Assembly (NCBI GenBank): GCA_041494705.1
Contig: JBGQBI010000002.1
Coordinates: 1-32,000, forward strand
Direction: 5' to 3'
DNA length: 32,000 bases
Origin: Candidatus Methanoperedens sp.
GTDB lineage: Archaea > Halobacteriota > Methanosarcinia > Methanosarcinales > Methanoperedenaceae
Below, piece by piece: positions 9,180 through 18,141 of this stretch (the first letter of the stretch is position 1; the number at the start of each line of letters is the position of its first letter). A model generated the notes under the pieces. It worked only from the letters and a program-made list of their open reading frames with translations, ran no database searches and was not told where the DNA came from. A program made the position numbers and the translations under genes.

Positions 9180-9320
9180 TGGAAAATCGGGAGAATGCTT
9201 AAACGATCTGTCAAAATTTGAAATTATGGAAATTTACGAACTATGCTATAACATCTCCCGATTTGCTAAATTATTGGTCATAGTAACCCTCATATATAAC
9301 TTATTACCCATAGTAATATA

Positions 9321-9878
9321 ATGTCCCTTCCCACACCAGATGATATAAAAAAACTGAGGCTTGAACTTAAGCTCACCCAGCACGAAATCGCCACCCGCGC
9401 CGGGGTAAGCCAGCCCCTGATTGCGCGCATAGAATCCGGGGATGTCGACCCGAGGCTTTCCACGCTTCGCAAGATATTCAACGCGTTCGACGCAGCAAGG
9501 AAAGAACGTATAGTGGTCAGGGATATTATGCACGCACCCATCATACATACAAGTTCGGACAGTTCAATGGAGGATGCTGCCAGGATAATGGAAGAACATG
9601 GTTTTTCCCAGATGCCTGTAATCGACAGTGGAGTGCCTGTTGGAAGCATCTCAACCGACCAAATAGTGAGTTCGATGACAGACCAGGACCTAAAGAAAGT
9701 GTCCCACCTTCTTGTGCGGAACATCATGGGCGATTCTTTTCCCACAGTCTCACCTACCTCGGATGCAAATACAGTTTCACGGATTCTGGAAAAGAATCCT
9801 GCAGTGCTTGTGCTTGAAAAGGGAAAAGCCATAGGTATGGTGACCAAACACGATATCATGAAAATGCTGAGGGGTTAA
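9321..9878 (+). CDS. Transcriptional regulator, XRE-type HTH fused to a CBS domain pair (COG3620-like)
   Basis: 185 aa. It has an N-terminal HTH (LKLTQHEIATRAGVSQPLIARIESGDVDPRLSTLRKIFNAF) followed by two CBS-like modules (VRDIMHAPIIH...GFSQMPVID; VRNIMGDSFPTV...VLVLEKGKAIGMVTKHDIMK). Confidence 0.8.
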   Translation: MSLPTPDDIKKLRLELKLTQHEIATRAGVSQPLIARIESGDVDPRLSTLRKIFNAFDAARKERIVVRDIMHAPIIHTSSDSSMEDAARIMEEHGFSQMPVIDSGVPVGSISTDQIVSSMTDQDLKKVSHLLVRNIMGDSFPTVSPTSDANTVSRILEKNPAVLVLEKGKAIGMVTKHDIMKMLRG

Positions 9879-10132
9879 AGGCACAATACCCCTGTTTCCA
9901 CTGGACAATAACCCTATATACTTAAAAATCAATAATAAACCTCCAGACCTACGAAGTCTGGAAAAAATCGTGTTGATAGGTCCTTGCGGGAGAACGGCAG
10001 CGCCAAAATCTATGACCGTACAGACAACCCCAATGCGGTACACGCGATAACACCTGGCACAAGGGTTACGGAGGCTGACAGCGGCAAAAGCCAGAGGATG
10101 AAGTTCTGAGTTAGTGTCAGGTTACAGCAATA

Positions 10133-11770
10133 TTAATCCGCTTTTTTTGAAATTTTTTTCCATTCTTCTACATACTCTTTTGGTATGCCATAGTCTTCTA
10201 TCAGAGATTCCCATGAATATTTATGATGATACTCGATAGCATTCCACATCGCCAACGCTATGTCATAACTATAATGCTTCAGTTTTGCTGATGGAGATAA
10301 TTCGTACCATTTAGGTGGAAAATCAAGTAGATTATTCTTTTGTATGGTACGTTCGAGTTCATAATCTCGGGAAAACTTTTCGCCCTGGAACTCGACAATT
10401 TCAATCTCAGCTCTTGTATATCGATACATCACTTGAGGATGGATTGGGTTTCTTTGAGCCGATATATTTTTTTTGGGCGTGTTTAATTTTCCCTTCTCCG
10501 AGTGCATGTTAGCGCTGTGCTCCTCAATAATCGACTCAAGCATGAAATATTTCTCAACAAATTTCTTGAGCTCCTCGTCCGAAATTGCCGATATCCGCTT
10601 CTCCTCGTTATACAATTTCTGGATATCAGCCTGAATAGCCTTCACGCGCGGGTCGGTCTTTTCAACCTTCGTGGCAACGTGCATCAATTCGTTAAGCGTC
10701 TCCTCGACTTTATAGCGTATCACCTCAAGCCCGGAGGAATCGCCTATCATCAATTCTCTCTTTCCTCCAACAAGTTCAGGCGGATAGGGCTCATACGTGA
10801 ATGGATTCTTTATTATTCCTGCTGTATGAATCCCGCTTTCATGGGCAAAGATATTTTTTCCCACAACTGATTTATTGCGGGGCACCCTTATCCCGATTTC
10901 CCGTTCCATGAACCTCGCAAATTCTGTTATTGACGTTAAATCATACTTCTGGAATCCTTCAACCCTCTGTATCAGGAACAATACCACTTTCTCAAGCTCC
11001 GCGTTCCCTGCCCTTTCTCCTATTCCGAGAAACGTTAAACTTGACCAGTTTGCGCCGTACCAGTATCCTGCGAGCGAACATGCAACTGACATCCCGAAGT
11101 CGTCATGGACATGGGTCTCGATGTTTTTTGTACCGATTTCCCTCAATCTCTTTACAATATGAGGAATGCCGTATGGCTCATCTACCTCAGGGAAAGGAAC
11201 ACCATAGCCAACTGTATCGCACAGGCGTATTATGCAATCCGGGTCTATCTCAAGCAATTTACTGATAAGCGGGAACACAAAACCCTCGTTATCCGCACGT
11301 GTCATATCCTCGATATGCGCCCTTGTGCGAAGCCCGTGGTCAACTGCATACTGCAGCGCATCCGTATATTTTTTTTCAGCCTCTTCACGGCTTTTAAGAC
11401 CCATCTTGTCAATGACATGCGAATCAGAGACCGACATCAATATGCCAGTTTCTTTTATCCCGTCCATGCTGAGCACAAAATCAATATCCTTGGGATTTGC
11501 ACGCGCCCATCCTGTGACTTCGGGAAATTCATATCCCCGGTCAAGCATTTCTTTGGCGGCTTCCCTGTCGCGCTCGTTATAGACAAAGGTTTCAAGTTTT
11601 TCAATACCGATTTTATGAAGATACTCATAGATCTCGGTCTTGTGCTTTTTTTTCATCACTATCCCGGGCATCTGGGAACCGTCACGAATAGTACTGTCGC
11701 TTATAAAAACTTCCTGCCCCAGCGGCAGCTTGATTTTTGGCAAATCCTCGTATGTCCTGTAGATTTTCAT
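10133..11770 (-). CDS. HMGL-like (DRE-TIM metallolyase) synthase related to isopropylmalate/homocitrate/Re-citrate synthases, with a C-terminal extension
   Basis: 545 aa. It has the N-terminal substrate/metal motif FISDSTIRDGSQ, plus HVHDDFG and AHESGIH, which are characteristic of the pyruvate carboxyltransferase/HMGL fold. The last 145 aa or so (from EEHSANMH) are not part of the usual catalytic core. Confidence 0.65.
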   Translation of the reverse strand: MKIYRTYEDLPKIKLPLGQEVFISDSTIRDGSQMPGIVMKKKHKTEIYEYLHKIGIEKLETFVYNERDREAAKEMLDRGYEFPEVTGWARANPKDIDFVLSMDGIKETGILMSVSDSHVIDKMGLKSREEAEKKYTDALQYAVDHGLRTRAHIEDMTRADNEGFVFPLISKLLEIDPDCIIRLCDTVGYGVPFPEVDEPYGIPHIVKRLREIGTKNIETHVHDDFGMSVACSLAGYWYGANWSSLTFLGIGERAGNAELEKVVLFLIQRVEGFQKYDLTSITEFARFMEREIGIRVPRNKSVVGKNIFAHESGIHTAGIIKNPFTYEPYPPELVGGKRELMIGDSSGLEVIRYKVEETLNELMHVATKVEKTDPRVKAIQADIQKLYNEEKRISAISDEELKKFVEKYFMLESIIEEHSANMHSEKGKLNTPKKNISAQRNPIHPQVMYRYTRAEIEIVEFQGEKFSRDYELERTIQKNNLLDFPPKWYELSPSAKLKHYSYDIALAMWNAIEYHHKYSWESLIEDYGIPKEYVEEWKKISKKAD

Positions 11771-11881
11771 TGGCTGACTGATTGTATTTTTGATTTATAT
11801 TACTTGTGGTTTTTGATATCAGGTTTCCATCAATCAAAAACTTTATGACCAATGCATACTAAACGATGACGGTGATAATTT

Positions 11882-12280
11882 ATGGTGAAAATGCCCCCCG
11901 AAATAAAGGATGTTGTTTCCAAGCAAAAACCGCTGCCGATTGCGACAGCAGATAAAAGCGGGAAACCAAACGTTGTATTTGTGACCATGTGGAAAATCCT
12001 TGACGATGAAACTATATTGTTCGTGGATAACTTTTTCAACAAGACAAGAAAGAACATTGAAGCAAACCCGAATATGGCAATAGTCGCATACGATGGCGAA
12101 GCCAAGAAATCCTACCAGATAAAAGGGACAGTGGATATAGAAAACAGGGGCGACAGGTATTCAAGCGCAAAAGAAATGGCGGATACCAAGAAATTACCCG
12201 GAAAGGCAGCCATTGTCTTTCATGTTAAAGAAATATACGATGCGACATACGGACCGAATGCCGGGAAAAAGCTGGCTTAA
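11882..12280 (+). CDS. Pyridoxamine 5'-phosphate oxidase-like FMN-binding split-barrel protein
   Basis: 132 aa. The pattern KPLPIATADKSGKPNVVFV...ILFVDNFFNKTRKNIEANPNMAIVAY is typical of small archaeal PNPOx-family flavoproteins. Confidence 0.65.
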   Translation: MVKMPPEIKDVVSKQKPLPIATADKSGKPNVVFVTMWKILDDETILFVDNFFNKTRKNIEANPNMAIVAYDGEAKKSYQIKGTVDIENRGDRYSSAKEMADTKKLPGKAAIVFHVKEIYDATYGPNAGKKLA

Positions 12281-12363
12281 CTTTTAACGTATCTTTGCAA
12301 ACTCTGCGTTCTCTGCGGTGAAATAAAGATCTCACCGTAAAGAACCGGGAATTTTTTAAAGTC

Positions 12364-13383
12364 TTGTCCCGAACAGGCATTATTTACCACCCGGATTATT
12401 TAAAACACGAAACCGGTTTGCATCCTGAGAATAAAGAGCGGTTGCTATCCATAATCGCATATCTTCGAAAAACCGGAATGATGGAACAGCTTGAACTTAT
12501 TGAACCAAGGTATGCAGCTCCTGAGGAAATTCGATATATCCATTCGCAGGAATATATAGAAAAAGCCAGAAGGTACTCCGAACTTGAGCTACCGCTTGAC
12601 CCCGATACGATATTATGCCGCGATTCATACAACGTGGCGCTCCTTGCTGCCGGCGGCGCGATTACAGGGGTTGATGCGTTGCTTGATGGAGCGGATTCCT
12701 CTTTTGCGCTTGTAAGACCGCCGGGGCATCACGCAGAACCGGGCAGGGGAATGGGATTTTGCATTTTCAATAATGTTGCGATTGCGGCGCGCCATGCACA
12801 GAAAAAAGGAAAAAAGCGCATCCTGATAGTGGACTGGGATGTCCATCACGGGAACGGGACGCAGGAGGCATTTTACGACGACCCGTCGGTACTTTATTTC
12901 TCAACTCACCAGTATCCTCATTATCCTGGAACAGGATGGCTAAATGAGGTTGGAAGTGGAAACGGCGAGGGCTATAACATCAATGTGCCTCTGCCTGCCG
13001 GAACCGCTGACGCCGGTTTCATTGCAGCATTTGAGGAGATACTTGTTCCTGCCGCGCTTGAATTCCGGCCTGACATGATTCTTGTCAGCGCAGGACAGGA
13101 TGCCTGTGCCAACGACGGGCTTGCAAATATGAGAATGAGCGTGGATGGTTTTGCTGTGCTTGCATCCATTGTAAAATCAATAGCTAAGGAAACCTGCGAT
13201 GGGAAGCTCGGCGCTGTCCTTGAAGGCGGGTACGACCTTCCGCTGCTTGCCCATTCTGTTGCGGCAGTGCTCAATGTTTTTATGGGGCTGGAACCTGTCA
13301 GGAAAGTATCAGCCGTCAATCCGCAGGTGAGGGCACGGTTAGAAGAAATAAAACAAGTCCAGCGCAAATACTGGCATATTTGA
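12364..13383 (+). CDS. Histone deacetylase-family (class II HDAC / acetoin-utilisation AcuC / acetylpolyamine amidohydrolase-like) Zn-dependent deacetylase
   Basis: 339 aa with a TTG start. It has [15 protein letters not shown], the Zn/catalytic motif [11 protein letters not shown] and EGGY. Confidence 0.85.
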   Translation: MSRTGIIYHPDYLKHETGLHPENKERLLSIIAYLRKTGMMEQLELIEPRYAAPEEIRYIHSQEYIEKARRYSELELPLDPDTILCRDSYNVALLAAGGAITGVDALLDGADSSFALVRPPGHHAEPGRGMGFCIFNNVAIAARHAQKKGKKRILIVDWDVHHGNGTQEAFYDDPSVLYFSTHQYPHYPGTGWLNEVGSGNGEGYNINVPLPAGTADAGFIAAFEEILVPAALEFRPDMILVSAGQDACANDGLANMRMSVDGFAVLASIVKSIAKETCDGKLGAVLEGGYDLPLLAHSVAAVLNVFMGLEPVRKVSAVNPQVRARLEEIKQVQRKYWHI

Positions 13384-13433
13384 GCTTGCTCCGATAGATT
13401 AATACGTAAAAAGCCTATTATGCAACCTTGCGA

Positions 13434-13506
13434 AGCCCGGTAGTGTAGCGGTCAATCATGCGGGACTCTGGATCCTGCGACCAAGGTTCGAATCCTTGCC
13501 GGGCTA
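13434..13506 (+). tRNA. tRNA-Gln (anticodon CUG), no encoded CCA
   Basis: The acceptor stem AGCCCGG pairs with CCGGGCT and the discriminator is A. The T arm is CAAGG-TTCGAAT-CCTTG. The anticodon arm is CGGGA-CTCTGGA-TCCTG, giving CUG at positions 34-36. The overall sequence resembles archaeal tRNA-Gln. A T-rich tract follows. Confidence 0.85.
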
Positions 13507-13530
13507 TACGCCATTAATTTTAATAAAATT

Positions 13531-13830
13531 TTAGTCAACAGTCAAGTCAGTATCGTTGATTGGCGTTATTGTATTTCCAGAGACATTAGTATCAACGCTT
13601 GCAACTTCTTTTGAAATACTTTCGATATCGCTGGAAATTGTTGCGCTGCTAATTGTTAGATTGCCAGAAGTTCCAGGACTGGCTGGCACGGTGTTTGTAG
13701 CTGTTATATTATTGCCAGTTCCTGGAGTGACTGTTGCATTGTTTGTTGCAGGGTTTTGCTCTGTTTTTTGCAAGCATCCGGAGAAGCCTAAAACAACTAA
13801 GATTAATAGCAAAACGATTAGTTTTTTCAT
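13531..13830 (-). CDS. Small secreted Thr/Asn-rich protein with a lipobox-like signal peptide
   Basis: 99 aa. It starts MKKLIVLLLILVVLGFSGC (signal peptide plus Cys). The start overlaps the upstream gene's stop in an ATGA arrangement. Confidence 0.55.
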   Translation of the reverse strand: MKKLIVLLLILVVLGFSGCLQKTEQNPATNNATVTPGTGNNITATNTVPASPGTSGNLTISSATISSDIESISKEVASVDTNVSGNTITPINDTDLTVD

Positions 13831-14705
13831 ACTGTTCCCTCATGTGGTTGATTATTCGTCGAGACGTTAGAACCTTTGCCTTTTCCACCTTTTTCAGCAT
13901 CGCTCATTTCCGGAACCATCTTTCGTGCTTTGTCAAATGCTTTTACCAGATAATTTTGTGCATTATTAATGAAACTGCGAACATCTTTTGCCATCTGGCT
14001 TATTTCCTGGGTCGAGTTTGTTTGTGCATACCTGGCTTTCGCATTCGCGATATTCTCCTTGGTTTTCGCAAGGTCGGCTTTATATTGCGTCAGGGAATTT
14101 TCCAGTTCGCGTGTGTCGTATCCAGACGCTTTAAGCTCAATTAGTTTCGCATCCAGTTTGGTGGTTATGCCGTCCGCTTTGACCATCAGGTTGTCCATCT
14201 GGGTGATGAGTTTGTCGGTCTGATTTTGCAAGGCTGTTTCTTCAATTTGATTGACGATGTCTTCCACGTTTTTTGCAGCGCTTTTCAGGGCGTACTTGCT
14301 GGAGCCGGAATCCGCAAAAACCGCTTTTGCTTCAGCCAGTTTTGCATCGATTTCATTACGATTCGGAATTGTTATATTCTCGTCTTGAAGTTGGACCAGT
14401 CTTTTCTCTGTCAATACAACTTCTTTTAGTAAAATGCCCTGCATCAAGGGTTTAAGTTTGTTCCAACAGGTCCCCTGGGGGGCGTTAGTAGCTACCGCAG
14501 ATTCTTTGCACATTCTTTTTTGATTTATGAAATTTTCCTTTGCAGTGTAAAAGGCTTCTAATCTTTCTTTGAAAGGCTGTGTTTCATTGCCTACGTTTGG
14601 CGCAGGAGGTGTTGGCGGAACTGTTCCCGCTGCCTGTGCGAGATTGATAGTTGAAAAAGTAAGTGCAGCCATCAAAACAAATACTATAAGAATTTTATAT
14701 TTCAT
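13827..14705 (-). CDS. Secreted, predicted coiled-coil/all-helical protein of unknown function
   Basis: 292 aa. It has a signal peptide (MKYKILIVFVLMAALTFSTINLAQAAG) followed by a Pro-rich linker and long heptad-like helical sequence. GGAGGAAGGGT lies immediately upstream of the ATG. Confidence 0.6.
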   Translation of the reverse strand: MKYKILIVFVLMAALTFSTINLAQAAGTVPPTPPAPNVGNETQPFKERLEAFYTAKENFINQKRMCKESAVATNAPQGTCWNKLKPLMQGILLKEVVLTEKRLVQLQDENITIPNRNEIDAKLAEAKAVFADSGSSKYALKSAAKNVEDIVNQIEETALQNQTDKLITQMDNLMVKADGITTKLDAKLIELKASGYDTRELENSLTQYKADLAKTKENIANAKARYAQTNSTQEISQMAKDVRSFINNAQNYLVKAFDKARKMVPEMSDAEKGGKGKGSNVSTNNQPHEGTV

Positions 14706-14877
14706 ACCCTTCCTCCTTCTTTTATTATTAATGAATGTCAGTATATAAACTTTTGCTTAGCATCAGAATTTCGAGAAGGGAAGCAGTTCCGAACAAAATT
14801 CTTCCACTGGCTGATGTTTTGACAGCATTTTTTTATTTAATGGCATTAACTGAGATATATGTGGTTGATGTGATGTA

Positions 14878-15963
14878 TTATTGAGTCGTTTCTATGCGTT
14901 TTAATTCCTGCGTGGAATAAGAAGAATAATTTGCAATTCTTGGCGCAATATAAAATAATTTCTCATCATGTTTTTTAATTGTTCCAAATATAGTTTTTTC
15001 GGATAAACCGTTTGTAACTTCAGCATGCAATAAATAATTTCCAGACTGCAAAGTAGAAGTATTAACGTTTAAATACCAGATTCCTTCATACTTTTTTCCA
15101 ATCATTAATTTGTTTCTTGATAAATTTTCTTGGGTATTGTTTATTGTGATATCATCGATGTACTGAAAAATATTGCCATCGCTGGCATTCATTTTGTATA
15201 AATTTATATAATTTGCAGAATACGCAATCCCTGTTTCTTTTATTTTGAACGTTTGAATACCAGTATTTGTATTTGTTTGTGAGAATTCTTCTATCGAAAA
15301 AGTGCCTGTTAATAAATATAAAGGAGCTGTTAGTAAAAGTAAAACTAATAGTAAAACTAGCATTGATATTAAAAAAATAACCAGTGGACTAAAGTTAAGA
15401 ATCATATATCTTTCAAAATCGAATTTTAAGAGAGTCTTAACCTTGATTTGACTTATTTTCGACCTGATATTTCTTAGTGGTTCGATTAAATTTATTTCGG
15501 TGAGACGGATGTAGATAATTATAATAATCGTAGAGGCAAATATCCAATAAAAATTGAATATATAATTATAATTATTAATTTTACTTGGATCCTTAAACAT
15601 CTCATGAGATAAAAGGGTAAAAATCGAAAAAACAATCCACAAGATAGGTAGTATAAAAATAGATTTAAATAATTTCTGTGTAATGTTTTTTATTTGTTTA
15701 CTTTCTGATTCTGTGGAGAGTAAATACCCTTTTAGTATTAGAAACAAAAAAACCATTGAAAATTCAAGTAATAATAACATTACTAAAAAATAAACCGTAA
15801 GTTGAAGAAAATCACCTAAAACAATCACATTATTATTAAAATAATCAATCGTTTTCAATAAAAAAGCTGATACTCCAGCTAATAGTGTTATTGCAAGGGT
15901 TATCTCTTTAAAATCACGAGAATTTTGCCGCTTCTCTTTTTGCAACTCTTCCTCAATTCCCAA
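14878..15963 (-). CDS. Polytopic membrane protein with a C-terminal beta-rich extracytoplasmic domain, unknown function
   Basis: 361 aa ORF in a strongly AT-rich islet (about 14706-16060). It has about six hydrophobic segments, then a roughly 140-aa Asn/Thr-rich soluble tail. I recognise no family. Confidence 0.5.
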   Translation of the reverse strand: MGIEEELQKEKRQNSRDFKEITLAITLLAGVSAFLLKTIDYFNNNVIVLGDFLQLTVYFLVMLLLLEFSMVFLFLILKGYLLSTESESKQIKNITQKLFKSIFILPILWIVFSIFTLLSHEMFKDPSKINNYNYIFNFYWIFASTIIIIIYIRLTEINLIEPLRNIRSKISQIKVKTLLKFDFERYMILNFSPLVIFLISMLVLLLVLLLLTAPLYLLTGTFSIEEFSQTNTNTGIQTFKIKETGIAYSANYINLYKMNASDGNIFQYIDDITINNTQENLSRNKLMIGKKYEGIWYLNVNTSTLQSGNYLLHAEVTNGLSEKTIFGTIKKHDEKLFYIAPRIANYSSYSTQELKRIETTQ

Positions 15964-16063
15964 GTTAAAGTTACTCCTCGAATATTTTTAAATACAAATA
16001 GTTGCGTTTAATATTTAATAGTTTCTTGATATTATATACAATTAGATTTAACTTACTATAGAA

Positions 16064-17047
16064 ATGTTTTTGCTACCAACTCTCCTTAAAATTATCATGC
16101 CCAACCAAAAGCCCATCAATATCGGTCATCTTTCAACCGTATATCATACCTCATTTATCCTGATGGGCACAGACTGGCTTGAAAAAGCAGGCATCCATGC
16201 GAACTGGAAACTCTTTGCCTCAGGTCCCGACATCGTTAAAGCCTTCGCAAACGAGGAAATCGACATCGGGTATATCGGCCTGCCTCCCGCAATTATCGGC
16301 ATCGATAGGGGGGTTCCGATTATCTGCGTCGCGGGTGGGCATGTGGAAGGAACCGTGCTGATTGCCCGGAATGAATACAGGACTCTTGATGATTCGGGGA
16401 GCTTGAATGCTGCGCTTTCGCAATTTGAAGGAAAAACAATCGGCTCCCCTCCGAAAGGCTCAATCCACGATGTCATCATCAACAATGCCATAAATGAAGC
16501 AAAGCTCAATATCGAGGTTAAGAACTTTGCCTGGACAGACTTTGTTCTTGAGGCGCTGGTGGATGGCGATATCGATGCAGCGGTCGGAACGCCGTCTCTT
16601 GCTGTTGCAGCGGTGCGTGCCTGTGGCGCAAAAATAATCATCCCGCCGCACGCCCTGTGGCCCGATAATCCAAGCTACGGTATAGTTATCAGGAAGGAGC
16701 TGATGCAATCTCCTGAAGTGATTCTGGACTTCCTTAAACTTCATGAAAAAGCAAGTAATTTCATCAGGGCAAAACCAAAGAATGCAGCAAAAATTGTTTC
16801 AAAACTCACAGGGATTGTGGATGAAGAGTTTGTGATGAGCGCTTACATGGTCTCCCCGAAATATTGCGCTTCCCTGTCCAACGAGTTCGTTCACTCGACA
16901 ATGGCTTTTGTGCCTGTGCTCCACAGGTTAAAATACATTTCAAGAGAGTTGTCAGTAAACGAGATATTTGAGTTCGGTTTTATTAATAATATCCATAAAG
17001 AACCGCCGCATTATAATATGAATATCCGTTCAGCTCAACCTTTATAG
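16064..17047 (+). CDS. NMT1/THI5-like (SsuA/TauA-type) substrate-binding-fold protein; no obvious signal peptide
   Basis: 327 aa. The alternative start ATG at 16097 gives MPNQKPINIGHLSTVYH. The motifs INIGHL...DIGYIGLPPAI...VAGGH resemble the periplasmic-binding-protein type 2 fold of nitrate/sulfonate/taurine binding proteins. Confidence 0.55.
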   Translation: MFLLPTLLKIIMPNQKPINIGHLSTVYHTSFILMGTDWLEKAGIHANWKLFASGPDIVKAFANEEIDIGYIGLPPAIIGIDRGVPIICVAGGHVEGTVLIARNEYRTLDDSGSLNAALSQFEGKTIGSPPKGSIHDVIINNAINEAKLNIEVKNFAWTDFVLEALVDGDIDAAVGTPSLAVAAVRACGAKIIIPPHALWPDNPSYGIVIRKELMQSPEVILDFLKLHEKASNFIRAKPKNAAKIVSKLTGIVDEEFVMSAYMVSPKYCASLSNEFVHSTMAFVPVLHRLKYISRELSVNEIFEFGFINNIHKEPPHYNMNIRSAQPL

Positions 17048-17922
17048 AATGGTTCTCTTTTATCCATTGCAAGCTTCATTAATTCCATGATTTCTTGCGG
17101 CTCTTTATTATTCACATCCACCAGGTTGTCATTCCTGAAAAGACAGGGTTTCAATCTTCCGTCCGAAGTGACGCGAAGCCTGTTGCAATTGGCACAGAAA
17201 TGCGAATTATCAATAGGCCTGACAAGCTCTACTTCGACTCCTCCGATATGATATTTTTTTCTTCTATGCATAGCCCGCTCTTCAATTTTTGAGGCTCTGG
17301 ATTCAAGGAATTTTTCAATTTCATTTATATCAACCTGATACTGCGCTGTTCCCTGGAAATCCATTAATTCTATCAATTGCAGGATAACCTTCCCTTCAAA
17401 CTTCCTGATAAAATCCATCATTTTCAGGATTTCACTGTCGTTTATCCCTTTGAGAAGCACCATATTTAGTTTTACAGGCGTCATGCCCCTATCAACGGCG
17501 GCATCAATTCCATCAAGTACGTTACTAATATCCCCTCCTGTGATTTTCCTGTATTGTTCAGGAGAAAGAGATGGAAGACTGATATTGATGCGGTCAAGCC
17601 CGCTATCTGCAAGGCTTTTCGCCCTTTGCGCAAGAAGAGTTCCGTTGGTTGTGGCCGAGATATCCTTGAGCTTTGGAAGCGATTTGATGATTTCCTCAAA
17701 ATCAGTCCTGAGTAAAGGTTCCCCGCCAGAGAACTTTACCCTATCCACCCCGAAAGCCTGAGAAGCCCTGACTATATTTCCAATAGTCCTGCAGGTCATC
17801 TCATTATTTATTTCCCGCGTTTCACCTTCATGATGGCAATAGAGGCATTTCAGGTTGCAACGGTTGGTAAGGGATATCCTGAGACTCCTTATCGTCCTTC
17901 CATATGCGTCTGTTAACTGCAT
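17035..17922 (-). CDS. moaA: GTP 3',8-cyclase (molybdenum cofactor biosynthesis protein A), radical SAM
   Basis: 295 aa. It has LRISLTNRCNLKCLYCH (CX3CX2C), FSGGEPLL and a C-terminal cluster region CANCNRLRVTSDGRLKPCL. The size is typical of archaeal MoaA. Confidence 0.85.
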   Translation of the reverse strand: MQLTDAYGRTIRSLRISLTNRCNLKCLYCHHEGETREINNEMTCRTIGNIVRASQAFGVDRVKFSGGEPLLRTDFEEIIKSLPKLKDISATTNGTLLAQRAKSLADSGLDRINISLPSLSPEQYRKITGGDISNVLDGIDAAVDRGMTPVKLNMVLLKGINDSEILKMMDFIRKFEGKVILQLIELMDFQGTAQYQVDINEIEKFLESRASKIEERAMHRRKKYHIGGVEVELVRPIDNSHFCANCNRLRVTSDGRLKPCLFRNDNLVDVNNKEPQEIMELMKLAMDKREPFYKG

Positions 17923-17934
17923 TGTTGCCAGGGA

Positions 17935-18141
17935 TTAGCCTCCTGTCACAACCCTCAGGATTTCCACATTGTCGGGCGTCACCACTTCATCCAGCGGTAC
18001 AGGAGCGCCTTTCCGGAATACCAGGACGATTTCTGGATTTATGTTTAGGGATTTTAGCATCCCTTCATACGTTGAATCCGATGAAAGTTCCAGGACTTGC
18101 TCTTTGACCCCCCCGGAAAGAATTTTTACTTTTACCTTCAC
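17935..18141 (-). CDS. MoaD/ThiS-family ubiquitin-fold small sulfur carrier (SAMP-like), C-terminal GG
   Basis: 68 aa with a GTG start. It ends ...EILRVVTGG-stop and sits directly upstream of moaA. Confidence 0.7.
   Translation of the reverse strand: MKVKVKILSGGVKEQVLELSSDSTYEGMLKSLNINPEIVLVFRKGAPVPLDEVVTPDNVEILRVVTGG

Noticed and set aside
13434-16060. tRNA-Gln followed by AT-rich unknown genes considered as an integrated element with a tRNA att site.
   Set aside because: The window has no integrase or recombinase gene. I found no direct repeat of the tRNA 3' end downstream; the only match is a 6-nt TCGAAT, which is not significant.
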